Shown: positions 1 to 9,608 of the stretch, piece by piece | Position numbering within the stretch: the first letter of the stretch is position 1 | How the letters are laid out: each line of letters opens with the position of its first letter | Assembly: GCA_002790365.1 (NCBI GenBank) | Contig: PFVA01000051.1 | Coordinates: 1 to 52,467 of the forward strand | From: Ignavibacteriales bacterium CG_4_9_14_3_um_filter_30_11 | GTDB taxonomy: Bacteria; Bacteroidota; Ignavibacteria; Ignavibacteriales; Ignavibacteriaceae | DNA: 52,467 nucleotides | Reading direction: 5' to 3' | Translations under genes and position numbers: made by a program | The notes under the pieces: generated by a model | Database searches by the model: none | What the model was told of the DNA's origin: nothing | What the model saw: the letters and a program-made list of their open reading frames with translations, nothing else

Positions 1-41
1 CTTTAACGAAATAGAGACTTTATTTTCTTAATAAAAAGGTG

Positions 42-75
42 TCATCTTTCAGCTTTGCGTAACATCAGTTATTAA
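42..75. repeat. Copy 1 of a 34-nt exact repeat (tcatctttcagctttgcgtaacatcagttattaa). Its reverse complement is at 48753-48786.
   Basis: Base-by-base comparison of both loci gives 34/34 identity, with mismatches immediately outside on both sides. Both copies lie just 3' of a gene, in that gene's orientation. Confidence 0.9.
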
Positions 76-84
76 AATAATTAG

Positions 85-109
85 GTTGTCAAAGTAAAAT
101 TTTGACAAC
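85..109 (-). terminator. Putative intrinsic terminator of pepD
   Basis: 9-bp stem gttgtcaaa/tttgacaac with a 7-nt loop, 7 nt after the pepD stop. A T-rich tract follows on the minus strand. Confidence 0.5.
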
Positions 110-116
110 TTAAAAA

Positions 117-1580
117 TTAATTATTCTCAGTTACTTTTTTGAGAATACCTTTTAGCAAATTATAAAATTTTTCAACTGCAGGAATATTTACTTTTTCATT
201 TGGTGAGTGAGCACCTTGAATTGTTGGTCCGAAAGATACCATATCCATCCCTGGGTTTTTACCTTCTAAAATTCCGCATTCTAAACCGGCATGAATCGCT
301 TTAATTTCGGGCTCTTTGTTGAATATTTCTTTAAATACTTCTTTAGATGTTTTTAAAATAGCAGAATCAAGATTTGGTTTCCATCCTGGATAACCGTCAT
401 TTGTTTCTGTTCTACCGCCAGCAAGATTAAAAATTGCTCTTACATTTCTAGCAATATATTGATTAGCACTATTTATTGAACTTCTTTGGCTTGTGCCTAT
501 TTTTAAAAGATCACCATTGGTATGAACGGTTGCAACATTTGTAGATGTTTCAACAAGATCTTTTAAATCCTGACTCATTGCAATAACACCATGAGGCAGC
601 GCAAGAATTGTATCTATAATTTTATTTTTAAATTTATCTCCAAATACTTTATCTGTTTTTACTTCAACACTTGAAAATGTAACTTTTACATTACCATCAG
701 ATGTTTTGAATTCATTTAAAATATCTTTCTGAAACTCATTAATAATATTTTTGGCATTTTCTTCTTGAGATTTATTTATTGCAATTATTGCTTCTGCTTC
801 TCTTGGTATTGCATTTCTAAGGTTACCGCCTTCAAGTGATACTATTGAATAGTTCGTAGATTCCAATGCATTCAAAGTTCTGCCTAAAATCTTAATAGCA
901 TTTCCTCTGCCTGTGTGTATATCTAATCCTGAGTGACCGCCTTTTAATCCTGTAACAACTAATTTATAATAATTATTTCCATCATTAACTTTCTTCCACT
1001 CAATATCAAATTCTGCAATTGTATCAACACCACCAGAACAACCGACATAAAATGCACCATCTTCTTCAGAGTCCAGATTAAGCAAAGTTTTACCTGTTAC
1101 AAATCCTGGTTCTAAATTACTTGCACCTGTAAGTCCTGTTTCTTCATCAATGGTCATCAATATTTCTAGAGGACCATGTACAGCATCTTTGTCAGTAATT
1201 AAAGCAAGAGCAGCAGCAACACCAATTCCATTATCACTTCCAAGTGTTGTACCATCGGCTTTAATCCATTCTCCATCTTTAATTAATTTAATCGGGTCGT
1301 TATCAAAATCATGTTTTGTTTCATTGTCTTTTTCGCAGACCATATCAATATGACCTTGTAAAACAATAATTGGTGTTTTTTCATAACCTGATTTTGAGGG
1401 AATACTGGCAACAATATTGCCAACTTTATCTTCTTTATATTTTATTTTTAATCCATCAAGCAATTCCCTCATATGCTTTCTGATTTTTTCTTCTTTTTTA
1501 GACGGACGAGGGATTTGAGCTATTTCAGAAAACCTTTCCCATAATATTTTGGGTTCTAATCCTTTAGTTGCTTCTGACAT
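117..1580 (-). CDS. pepD: Aminoacyl-histidine (Xaa-His) dipeptidase, M20 family
   Basis: Full-length match in architecture and motifs (HIDMV, DEETG, GGHSG). Start moved to Met6 of the ORF because GGAGG (1586-1590 on the minus strand) sits 5 nt upstream of that ATG. Confidence 0.85.
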   Translation of the reverse strand: MSEATKGLEPKILWERFSEIAQIPRPSKKEEKIRKHMRELLDGLKIKYKEDKVGNIVASIPSKSGYEKTPIIVLQGHIDMVCEKDNETKHDFDNDPIKLIKDGEWIKADGTTLGSDNGIGVAAALALITDKDAVHGPLEILMTIDEETGLTGASNLEPGFVTGKTLLNLDSEEDGAFYVGCSGGVDTIAEFDIEWKKVNDGNNYYKLVVTGLKGGHSGLDIHTGRGNAIKILGRTLNALESTNYSIVSLEGGNLRNAIPREAEAIIAINKSQEENAKNIINEFQKDILNEFKTSDGNVKVTFSSVEVKTDKVFGDKFKNKIIDTILALPHGVIAMSQDLKDLVETSTNVATVHTNGDLLKIGTSQRSSINSANQYIARNVRAIFNLAGGRTETNDGYPGWKPNLDSAILKTSKEVFKEIFNKEPEIKAIHAGLECGILEGKNPGMDMVSFGPTIQGAHSPNEKVNIPAVEKFYNLLKGILKKVTENN

Positions 1581-1620
1581 AATTACCTCCTGCAATTATC
1601 ATTTCTAAAAAATTTAAATA

Positions 1621-3453
1621 CTAAACAGGTTGTACAATCTTTTTTCGTTCTGCAAGTTTAGCATTCTTTTTATCCATTTCAGTTAAATATTTTTTCCTTA
1701 TCCTAATATTTTTTGGTGTTACTTCTACATATTCATCATCAGTTATCCATTCTATTGCTTGCTCAAGAGTAAGTTTTTTTGCGGGTTCCAATCTAATTGC
1801 TTCGTCTGCGCCTGAAGATCTCATATTTGATAATTGTTTTGTCTTTGTGACATTTACTCTCATATCCATATCTCTTGTATTTTCTCCAACAACCATTCCT
1901 TCATAAACTTCTATTACATGGTCTATAAAAAATGTAACTCTTTCTTGCAGTTTATACATAGCATATGCTGAAGCAATTCCATTATCCATAGAAACAAGTG
2001 CACCTCTTTGTCTTTGCGTAAGTTCACCTTTGAACGGTTCGTATGAATCAAAATTATGATGTAAAATTCCAGTGCCTTTAGTATCTGTCATAAATTCAGC
2101 TCTATAACCTATTAATCCTCTTGCAGGAATCATAAATTCAATTCTTGTATTCTCATTAAAAGTGATCATATTTTTCATTTCAGCTTTTCTTTTTCCTAAT
2201 TTTTCGATAACTGTTCCAACATATTCTTCAGGTACATCAATAATTAGGTGTTCAATCGGTTCGCATAAAACATCAGCTATTTTCTTCATTATAACTTCTG
2301 GGCGTGTAAGCTGAAGTTCGTATCCTTCCCTTCTCATATTTTCAATTAGAATTCCTAAATGAAGTTCACCTCTTCCGCTAACTTTAAATGTATCAGGTGA
2401 ATCTGTCATTTCAACTTTTAGGCTTACATCTGCCTTTAATTCTCTCGATAGTCTTTCACTGATATTTCTAGTAGTAACAAATTTTCCTTCAAGTCCTGCA
2501 AAGGGTGAATTATTAACCATAAAATTCATAGTCAAAGTTGGTTCGTCAATTAAAGAGAATGGTAATGGTTCAGCATTTTTTAGATCGGCAATAGTTGCAC
2601 CAATATTAACATCTTCTAAACCTGCAATTCCACCAATATCACCTGCATTTAGAATTTTTGTTTCTATCCTATGGTAATCTTTAAATTCATAAAGTTTTGT
2701 TATTTTAGCAGTTACTTTTTCCCCAGTTATTTTTATTAATGTAATTTGATCACCAGAATTAAGAACACCATTATGAATTTTTCCAATCCCAATTCTACCT
2801 AAATAATCATTATAATCAATAGCTGAGACTAACATTTGCAATGGTTTCTTAACATCACCGGTTGGAGCCGGGACAAAATCAATAATAGCCTGAAGTAAAG
2901 GGATTAGATCATTGCTATCATCTTTCAATTCTTTTTTAGCAATTCCTTGCTTAGCAATTGCCCAAATATATGGGAAATCAAGTTGTTCATCTGATGCATT
3001 TAATGATACAAACAAATCAAAAACTTCGTTCAATACTTCATTCGGCCGTGCATCTTTTCTGTCAATTTTATTGATTACTACTATTGGTTTTAAACCTAAT
3101 TCCAAAGATTTTTTAAGTACAAATTTTGTCTGTGGTAATGGACCTTCTGCAGCATCAACTAAAAGTAAAACGCCATCAACCATTCTTAAAGTTCTTTCTA
3201 CTTCTCCACCAAAGTCTGCGTGGCCGGGTGTATCAACAATATTAATTTTAACATTATTGAAAACAATACTTAAATTTTTAGCAAGAATTGTAATTCCTCT
3301 TTCCTTTTCAAGATCATTTGAATCCATTATTCTTTTTTCAACTTTTTGATTATCTCTAAAAACCCCTGTTTGCTTTAACATAAAATCAACGAGCGTAGTT
3401 TTTCCGTGATCAACATGAGCAATAATTGCAATATTTCTTATTCTTTTGTTCAA
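1621..3453 (-). CDS. typA: Translational GTPase TypA/BipA
   Basis: G motifs AHVDHGKTT, DTPGHADF and NKIDR. 610 aa with EF-G-like domains and the BipA C-terminal domain. Confidence 0.95.
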   Translation of the reverse strand: MNKRIRNIAIIAHVDHGKTTLVDFMLKQTGVFRDNQKVEKRIMDSNDLEKERGITILAKNLSIVFNNVKINIVDTPGHADFGGEVERTLRMVDGVLLLVDAAEGPLPQTKFVLKKSLELGLKPIVVINKIDRKDARPNEVLNEVFDLFVSLNASDEQLDFPYIWAIAKQGIAKKELKDDSNDLIPLLQAIIDFVPAPTGDVKKPLQMLVSAIDYNDYLGRIGIGKIHNGVLNSGDQITLIKITGEKVTAKITKLYEFKDYHRIETKILNAGDIGGIAGLEDVNIGATIADLKNAEPLPFSLIDEPTLTMNFMVNNSPFAGLEGKFVTTRNISERLSRELKADVSLKVEMTDSPDTFKVSGRGELHLGILIENMRREGYELQLTRPEVIMKKIADVLCEPIEHLIIDVPEEYVGTVIEKLGKRKAEMKNMITFNENTRIEFMIPARGLIGYRAEFMTDTKGTGILHHNFDSYEPFKGELTQRQRGALVSMDNGIASAYAMYKLQERVTFFIDHVIEVYEGMVVGENTRDMDMRVNVTKTKQLSNMRSSGADEAIRLEPAKKLTLEQAIEWITDDEYVEVTPKNIRIRKKYLTEMDKKNAKLAERKKIVQPV

Positions 3454-3557
3454 TCTTTTCCCTTATTATTTTTTAAAATAGAAGATATAAATATACTTAG
3501 AAGTAGAAGGATTAACAATTAAAAGGAGGTTTACAAATCTAAATTATTGAGTAGATA

Positions 3558-3848
3558 TTATAATATAATTTGGGTAAGTAAAGCAATTTCTTCTAAAATA
3601 GAACTGACTTTAATACAAGAACTCATTTTACCTTTATAGACAATACATGAGCCTTTAGTATGTATCTCAAATGCTTGTGATCTGGCTTTTTCAAACATAC
3701 AATTTGTAGCTTTAATCAACTGAATAATTACTTCATCAAAAGTATGCCAATCATCATTATATACAATTACTCTAGATAATAATTTTGAATCTGTAGATTC
3801 ACCAATTTCAACATCAATTACCGGTTTAAATTGCTCTAATTTTTCCAT
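3558..3848 (-). CDS. clpS: ClpS-like ATP-dependent Clp protease adaptor
   Basis: 96 aa with the ClpS core VIVYNDDWHTFDEVI...EIHTKG. No clpA is adjacent. Confidence 0.7.
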   Translation of the reverse strand: MEKLEQFKPVIDVEIGESTDSKLLSRVIVYNDDWHTFDEVIIQLIKATNCMFEKARSQAFEIHTKGSCIVYKGKMSSCIKVSSILEEIALLTQIIL

Positions 3849-3989
3849 AATCTAAAATTACAAAATTATAATTATATAAAATACATAAAAAATTATTTTT
3901 GTATATTTCAAAAACACCACAAGCTTAAAATTGATTTTACCTACGCACATGTATATATTTTTGACATAAATAAAAGATATTTTGGAGGA

Positions 3990-4745
3990 ATGATGAAAAT
4001 AGCAGTATGTGTAAGTCATGTTCCTGACACTGCTACAAAAATTAATATAGCAGCAACAGGTAATGAAATTGATCAGACCGGAGTAACATATATAATTAAT
4101 CCTTATGATGAATTTGCAGTAGAAGAAGCTTTAAGAACAAAAGAAAAAGAAGGTGGAGATACTCAGGTTGTTGTTATCAGCGTTGGAAATGATGCAAATA
4201 AAGAAACAATTAGAAAAGCACTTGCTATGGGAGTTGACAGTGGCATTTTATTAAAAACTGAGAATAAAATGGATTCTTTTGGAATTGCAAAAGCACTCTC
4301 AGAAGAAATCAAATCACAAGGTTGTGAACTAGTTTTTATGGGCAAACAATCTGTTGATTTTGATAATCAGATTATCCCACAAATGACTTCTGCATTACTT
4401 GATTACTCATGTGTTTCTGTTGTTGTTGAGTTTAAATTAGAAGGGCAAAATATTACCTGTGAAAGAGAAATTGAAGGTGGAAAAGAAGTTGTTTCTACTA
4501 AATTACCTTGTATTATTTCTGCTCAAAAAGGTTTAAATGAACCAAGATATGCTTCATTAAAAGGTATAATGGCAGCAAAGAAAAAAACTATAGAAGAAAA
4601 ACCTGCAGTAGAAACTGAAAATCAAACTGAGATTATTGGACTAAAGAAACCCCCGGCAAAAGCTCACGGAAGAATTTTAGGTACTGATAGTTCTGCGGTT
4701 CCCGAATTAGTTAGATTATTAAGAGAAGAAGCAAAAGTTATTTAA
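3990..4745 (+). CDS. etfB: Electron transfer flavoprotein beta subunit
   Basis: N-terminus KIAVCVSHVPDTATKI and overall ETF-beta length. GGAGG lies upstream, and the second ATG (3993) is an equally plausible start. Confidence 0.9.
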   Translation: MMKIAVCVSHVPDTATKINIAATGNEIDQTGVTYIINPYDEFAVEEALRTKEKEGGDTQVVVISVGNDANKETIRKALAMGVDSGILLKTENKMDSFGIAKALSEEIKSQGCELVFMGKQSVDFDNQIIPQMTSALLDYSCVSVVVEFKLEGQNITCEREIEGGKEVVSTKLPCIISAQKGLNEPRYASLKGIMAAKKKTIEEKPAVETENQTEIIGLKKPPAKAHGRILGTDSSAVPELVRLLREEAKVI

Positions 4746-4757
4746 GGAAAAATAATT

Positions 4758-5720
4758 ATGGCAAATACAATTTTAGCAATATTAGAACAAAGAGAAGGTA
4801 AATTAAAAAAATCATCATTTGAAACTGCATCTGTTGCAGCAAAAATTGCAAAGAATTTAAATTTAACTGTTGTGGTAGTTGCAATTGGAAATGATATTTC
4901 TAATTTAGAGGAAGTTTCAAATTACGGAGTAAGTAATGTAACTCACTTCAAGAATAATGTACTTTCAAATTATTCATCATCTGCATATACAAAAATTATT
5001 ACTGAATATGCAAAAGAAATTTCTGCTGATTATCTAATAACTGCGAATACATCATTTGGTAAAGACTTAGCACCAAGAGTAGGTATAAAATTAAACGCAG
5101 GTTGTTTAGTTGATTGTGTAAAACTTGATGTTCAAAACAATGAAGTTATTGCTACCCGACCAATTTATGCCGGTAAAGCTTTAATGGAAACAAAGCTTAA
5201 TAGTAATATTAAGTTGTTTACCATTCGACCAAATGTATTTAAACCGGAAGAAAATAAGGTAGAATATAATCTTACAACAAAAAATGTTGATAATCCTGAT
5301 ACTTCTACTATTGTTTCAGAATTTAAAAAAGCTGAAGGAAAACTTGATGTTGCTGAAGCGGATATAATTGTTTCAGGAGGTAGAGGTTTAAAATCTGCAG
5401 AAGAATTTAAATTAATAGAAGAATTGGCAGATGCATTGGGTGCAGCAGTTGGTGCTTCAAGAGCTGTTGTTGATGCTGGCTGGAGGCCTCACAGAGAACA
5501 GGTTGGACAGACAGGTAAAACTGTTTCCCCGTCATTGTATGTGGCTTGCGGAATTTCTGGAGCAATACAACATCTAGCTGGAATGTCTTCATCTAAGTAT
5601 ATTGTTGCTATTAATAAAGATAAAGATGCTCCCATTTTTGGAGTTGCTGATTATGGAATTAATGGTGATGTATTTGAGATATTACCTAAGTTAACGGAAG
5701 CTATTAAATTATTAGATTAG
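4758..5720 (+). CDS. etfA: Electron transfer flavoprotein alpha subunit
   Basis: C-terminal FAD-binding signature PSLYVACGISGAIQHLAGM. Starts 12 nt after etfB. Confidence 0.9.
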   Translation: MANTILAILEQREGKLKKSSFETASVAAKIAKNLNLTVVVVAIGNDISNLEEVSNYGVSNVTHFKNNVLSNYSSSAYTKIITEYAKEISADYLITANTSFGKDLAPRVGIKLNAGCLVDCVKLDVQNNEVIATRPIYAGKALMETKLNSNIKLFTIRPNVFKPEENKVEYNLTTKNVDNPDTSTIVSEFKKAEGKLDVAEADIIVSGGRGLKSAEEFKLIEELADALGAAVGASRAVVDAGWRPHREQVGQTGKTVSPSLYVACGISGAIQHLAGMSSSKYIVAINKDKDAPIFGVADYGINGDVFEILPKLTEAIKLLD

Positions 5721-5739
5721 ATGATGTTAGACCATTTAA

Positions 5740-6327
5740 ATGAATAAAATTCAATGTGAAATATTAGGGTTATCTTCAAGTCCTGCAACAGGCGGAGCTT
5801 TTGCTATTCTTTTAAAAGATATAAGTTCAAAAAAAAGACTTCCTATTATTATTGGAGCATTTGAAGCACAAGCAATAGCTCTTGAAATTGAAGGAATTAA
5901 TCCTCCACGCCCTCTTACGCATGATCTATTAAAACAAATAATAGATACTTTAGGGGGAACAGTTACAGAAGTAATAATAGACGAACTAAGGGAAAATACA
6001 TTTTATGCAAAAATTATTTTAGAAGTTTCTGCTCTTACTTATGAAATTGACAGCAGACCTAGTGATGCAATTGCCATTGCTGTAAGAACAAAAGCTCCAA
6101 TTTTTGTAGCAGAAAATGTAATGGAATCAGCTTCATTTATTTCAACTACTACTGAAGGCAAAGAGAATAATGATGAATTGACAGGAGAAGAAAATTTTGT
6201 ACCTAACAGTAAAGAAGCAAAAATTGCAGCTTTACAGACAAAACTAAGAGAAGCACTTGCTTCAGAAGAATATGAAAGAGCAGCAAAACTTAGGGATGAT
6301 ATCCAAAAATTAACCAGTAAGAATTAA
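5740..6327 (+). CDS. Bifunctional nuclease (BFN/DUF151) family protein with C-terminal UVR motif
   Basis: N-terminal DUF151-like core (RPLTHDL, SRPSDAIAIA) plus C-terminal EEYERAAKLRDDI UVR-type helix. Confidence 0.75.
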   Translation: MNKIQCEILGLSSSPATGGAFAILLKDISSKKRLPIIIGAFEAQAIALEIEGINPPRPLTHDLLKQIIDTLGGTVTEVIIDELRENTFYAKIILEVSALTYEIDSRPSDAIAIAVRTKAPIFVAENVMESASFISTTTEGKENNDELTGEENFVPNSKEAKIAALQTKLREALASEEYERAAKLRDDIQKLTSKN

Positions 6328-7784
6328 AACACTAACTTCCCTATCTCACAACTATTACATTTATTTTTACAACAATTATTCAAATATAGATGTAAACTTC
6401 CTTGGTAAATAACACTTTTCTTAGATTTAATTTTCAGAGAAGAATTCATTTTATCAACAATTTTATTTGAGCCTATTTGTTCAAAATTTAAATAGAATTT
6501 TAAAACATTTTTATACGATAGTTTCTTGCTAAATATTTCGAAATAAAGAGATAAAAAAGGTAAAATTATATTTACAATAATTTCATCTGCTCTGGATATT
6601 CCAACTAAATACATAAGTTTTGTTTTACTGTGTTGATCAAATACAAAATGTTCTTGCCAGTAACCTTCTGCTTTCACTACAAATATTTCTCTTAATTTTT
6701 TCCTTAGTTTTTTTATATCTTTTCCTATTTCGAATAATTTAATGAGATTATGAATTAAATTTTCTGTCAATATTTTATTCAAAATTTTTACTCCGCCTGC
6801 TATTCGTAAAGTTGGGAAATTTTGTGGCCTGATTCTAAAGAAATTCCAAGTTGCTGGATGTAATCTTTGGCCATAATCAAGATCTGTGTATTTACTCCAT
6901 ATTTCAAAGAGTTCTCTTGTATAAACTGATGTTTCCTCATCAGGTAAATTATTTACATCCGGTAATAACCCACTAATTTTAAATAATATTGCTTCTAAGG
7001 GTTTATTAAGATTTGTATTGTTCTCTAAATTACGAAGTAATTTTATATCTACAGATTTGGCAAGTTTATTCATATTTTCTTTATTCTTTGAATATCCAAG
7101 GGCAGTGAAAATATTTTCATACAAAAGCTGTTCCCATATTATTGGGTCATTAAAATCATCTCGATTGAATTTTAGTCTTCTTAACTCTGACTCAAGGTCA
7201 TAGTTTACAATTGGTTCTTTTAGTTCTCTTTGATTCAGATATGCAATTTCTCTCAGCCTTGTAAATAATTTTCTTTTCTTAAAGCTGAATCTTTTACTGC
7301 CCAAACTAATTAAGTAATCAGTTTTTACTTTTTCAGAAATTTCATTGTTCAAATCATGGCATGGTATTTTATATAATTTATTAGAATTACTATCAGATAA
7401 ATAGAATTGTAATTCTTTGGAAGTGATATAATTTGATAATGAAATAGAAGGGATTATCCTTTTATTTTCAGTTGTTACAAAACATTGTTTTGATTTATTC
7501 TCATAAGTAACATGAAGGATAATATTATTGAATTTTTTATTAGTATGATGATTATGTTTTTCCCAATTAGAAATTTCAGTATCAATTTCTATATCCCCGA
7601 TTAATGTTTTGTTATCAATTTTAATTTTAACATTTCTGTAGTCAGGTCCATCTAATTCATTATTTTTGTCTCCTCTGCTAAGGATTGTTATAGATTTACC
7701 ATCTTCAGTTTGCATTGTATCATTGATATTATATTTCTCCCAAATTTCACATAGAAATTTTTCAGATATAATTCTCTTTTTCAT
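6324..7784 (-). CDS. DUF2851 family protein
   Basis: 486 aa. N-terminal GPDYRNVKIKI...GDIEID...NWEKHNHH block is typical of DUF2851, and there is a C-terminal CCKNKCNSC cluster. Confidence 0.65.
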   Translation of the reverse strand: MKKRIISEKFLCEIWEKYNINDTMQTEDGKSITILSRGDKNNELDGPDYRNVKIKIDNKTLIGDIEIDTEISNWEKHNHHTNKKFNNIILHVTYENKSKQCFVTTENKRIIPSISLSNYITSKELQFYLSDSNSNKLYKIPCHDLNNEISEKVKTDYLISLGSKRFSFKKRKLFTRLREIAYLNQRELKEPIVNYDLESELRRLKFNRDDFNDPIIWEQLLYENIFTALGYSKNKENMNKLAKSVDIKLLRNLENNTNLNKPLEAILFKISGLLPDVNNLPDEETSVYTRELFEIWSKYTDLDYGQRLHPATWNFFRIRPQNFPTLRIAGGVKILNKILTENLIHNLIKLFEIGKDIKKLRKKLREIFVVKAEGYWQEHFVFDQHSKTKLMYLVGISRADEIIVNIILPFLSLYFEIFSKKLSYKNVLKFYLNFEQIGSNKIVDKMNSSLKIKSKKSVIYQGSLHLYLNNCCKNKCNSCEIGKLVF

Positions 7785-7794
7785 GTAAAGGCAT

Positions 7795-8250
7795 TTATTC
7801 TTTATTTATTAAAATCGAAGAAGATTGAGACCTTGAATTACCGATAACATAAAATACTTCTATATTATTTATACCAGCAAATAATCTAATACCTCTAAAA
7901 GCATATACCCCACCGTTAACATTATAATAAAGATCAATTTTCTGTTTATTGATAAAAATATAAATATCTGCATATCTAATATTTGTATCTAAATTAACAT
8001 TAATATCTATTTTCTCATTGCTTGTAGTAAAAGTAGAATCATAATCAGGCAATGAAATTAATGATAGATTATCATTAATTGAAAAACTATATACATTCAA
8101 TTTTTCTTTAGATATTGTGTAAGTGGAATCAACTTGGGAAGATAATTTATAATTTTCAGATAGTTTTGTTTTTGAAAATGGATATATACTTAGAGTTGAT
8201 AGTAAAAAAATAATACCAAATAATAAAAAATATTTTGATAGATTGGACAT
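7795..8250 (-). CDS. Hypothetical secreted protein
   Basis: N-terminal hydrophobic signal-like segment, no recognisable family. Starts 3 nt after the pyrF stop codon and ends 10 nt before the DUF2851 start, so probably co-transcribed with both. Confidence 0.5.
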   Translation of the reverse strand: MSNLSKYFLLFGIIFLLSTLSIYPFSKTKLSENYKLSSQVDSTYTISKEKLNVYSFSINDNLSLISLPDYDSTFTTSNEKIDINVNLDTNIRYADIYIFINKQKIDLYYNVNGGVYAFRGIRLFAGINNIEVFYVIGNSRSQSSSILINKE

Positions 8251-8253
8251 TCC

Positions 8254-9060
8254 TTAACAACAATTATTTATAATTGAATTCAACCTTATTAATTCATCAC
8301 TTGCAAGAGTTGCAAAATCATTAGAATTGTCTTTATAAATTATTGATCTACTTACATTTATTAATAATCTCATTTTTTCTCTTTTCATAAATTGCTTAAT
8401 TACATCTTCTAAATTTCCACCTTGTGCACCAACACCTGGGACTAATACAGGCAATTTCTGAAATGTAGTAATATTTTTTTCTAATTCATTAATTTGGGTT
8501 GCACCGAAGACTATCCCGCAATTATGATTAGCATTCCAATCATTAACTTTATTAATTACCAGTTCATATAATTTTTTACCATCTTTTAGAATAGCTTTTT
8601 CAAAATCATCTGCACCTTTATTAGATGTTAAAGATAAAATAAAACTCAACTTATCTTTATAATCTAAAAAAGGACTTATTGAATCATACCCCATATAAGG
8701 ATTTAAAGTTGTTGCATCAAAATTGAAATGTTCAAATAACGATTTAGCATACATTTGAGAAGTATTGCCAATATCTCCTCTTTTAGCATCTCCAATAGTT
8801 AATATATCAGATGGAATTAGTTCCAGGGTTCTTTCCAATTGTTTTATCCCATCAATTCCTTCAGACTCATAAAAAGCTAAATTAAATTTATATGCCGCAA
8901 CATTTTTAGATGTACTTTCTATTATTAATTTATTGAATTCAAAAATATTATCATTATTGTTTTTTAAATAATCAGGTATCTTTTCAATATCTGTGTCTAA
9001 CCCAACACAAATATATTTTCCATTAATATTTTTTGTATCTAATTTTTCTAAAGCTGTCAT
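8254..9060 (-). CDS. pyrF: Orotidine 5'-phosphate decarboxylase (type 2)
   Basis: GDAKRGDIGNTS active-site motif, 268 aa. Confidence 0.9.
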   Translation of the reverse strand: MTALEKLDTKNINGKYICVGLDTDIEKIPDYLKNNNDNIFEFNKLIIESTSKNVAAYKFNLAFYESEGIDGIKQLERTLELIPSDILTIGDAKRGDIGNTSQMYAKSLFEHFNFDATTLNPYMGYDSISPFLDYKDKLSFILSLTSNKGADDFEKAILKDGKKLYELVINKVNDWNANHNCGIVFGATQINELEKNITTFQKLPVLVPGVGAQGGNLEDVIKQFMKREKMRLLINVSRSIIYKDNSNDFATLASDELIRLNSIINNCC

Positions 9061-9061
9061 T

Positions 9062-9598
9062 TTATTTAAAGTTTTTGAACATCATAGATTCTTTTGGGTA
9101 TGGAGATTTCTCATTGTACTTTGCGCTCTTTTTTAAATTATATGGTACTTCAACACCTTCGGTCATTTTAAAATAAATTAATTGTCCAATTGGCATTCCA
9201 GTATAAACTTTTACAGGTATTTTAACAGATATTTCCAAAGTCCAGTAATTACAAAAACCTGCATCCCCTTTACCTGCAGTTGCATGAATATCAATCCCCA
9301 ATCTTCCAATACTAGACTTACCTTCTAAAAAAGGAACATAATTTTGTGTCTCAGTATATTCTTGAGTAACACCTAAATATAATTTCGCCGGTTCAAGTAC
9401 ATATCCATTTTGCGGAATTTCAAACATTTCAATTTTATTATGTTTTTTACTATCTAAAACTTTATCACAATATAATGAAAGCCATTTACCTAAATGTACA
9501 TCGTAACTATTAGTACCCAGACACTCTCTGTCATAAGGATCAATTACAATATTTCCATTCTTAATTTCTTCTAAAATTTTTTTATCAGATAAAATCAA
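9062..9598 (-). CDS. dcd: dCTP deaminase
   Basis: 178 aa. N-terminus MILSDKKILEEI...IDP and the dUTPase-like fold pattern. Confidence 0.85.
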   Translation of the reverse strand: MILSDKKILEEIKNGNIVIDPYDRECLGTNSYDVHLGKWLSLYCDKVLDSKKHNKIEMFEIPQNGYVLEPAKLYLGVTQEYTETQNYVPFLEGKSSIGRLGIDIHATAGKGDAGFCNYWTLEISVKIPVKVYTGMPIGQLIYFKMTEGVEVPYNLKKSAKYNEKSPYPKESMMFKNFK

Positions 9599-9608
9599 TT
9601 AACCTCCT

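Noticed and set aside
1150-3349. Plus-strand ORFs 1150-1353 and 2912-3349 inside pepD and typA
   Set aside because: They are entirely antisense to well-supported conserved genes. Their translations are low-complexity Ser/Leu/Ile-rich with no motif, as expected for shadow ORFs in AT-rich DNA.
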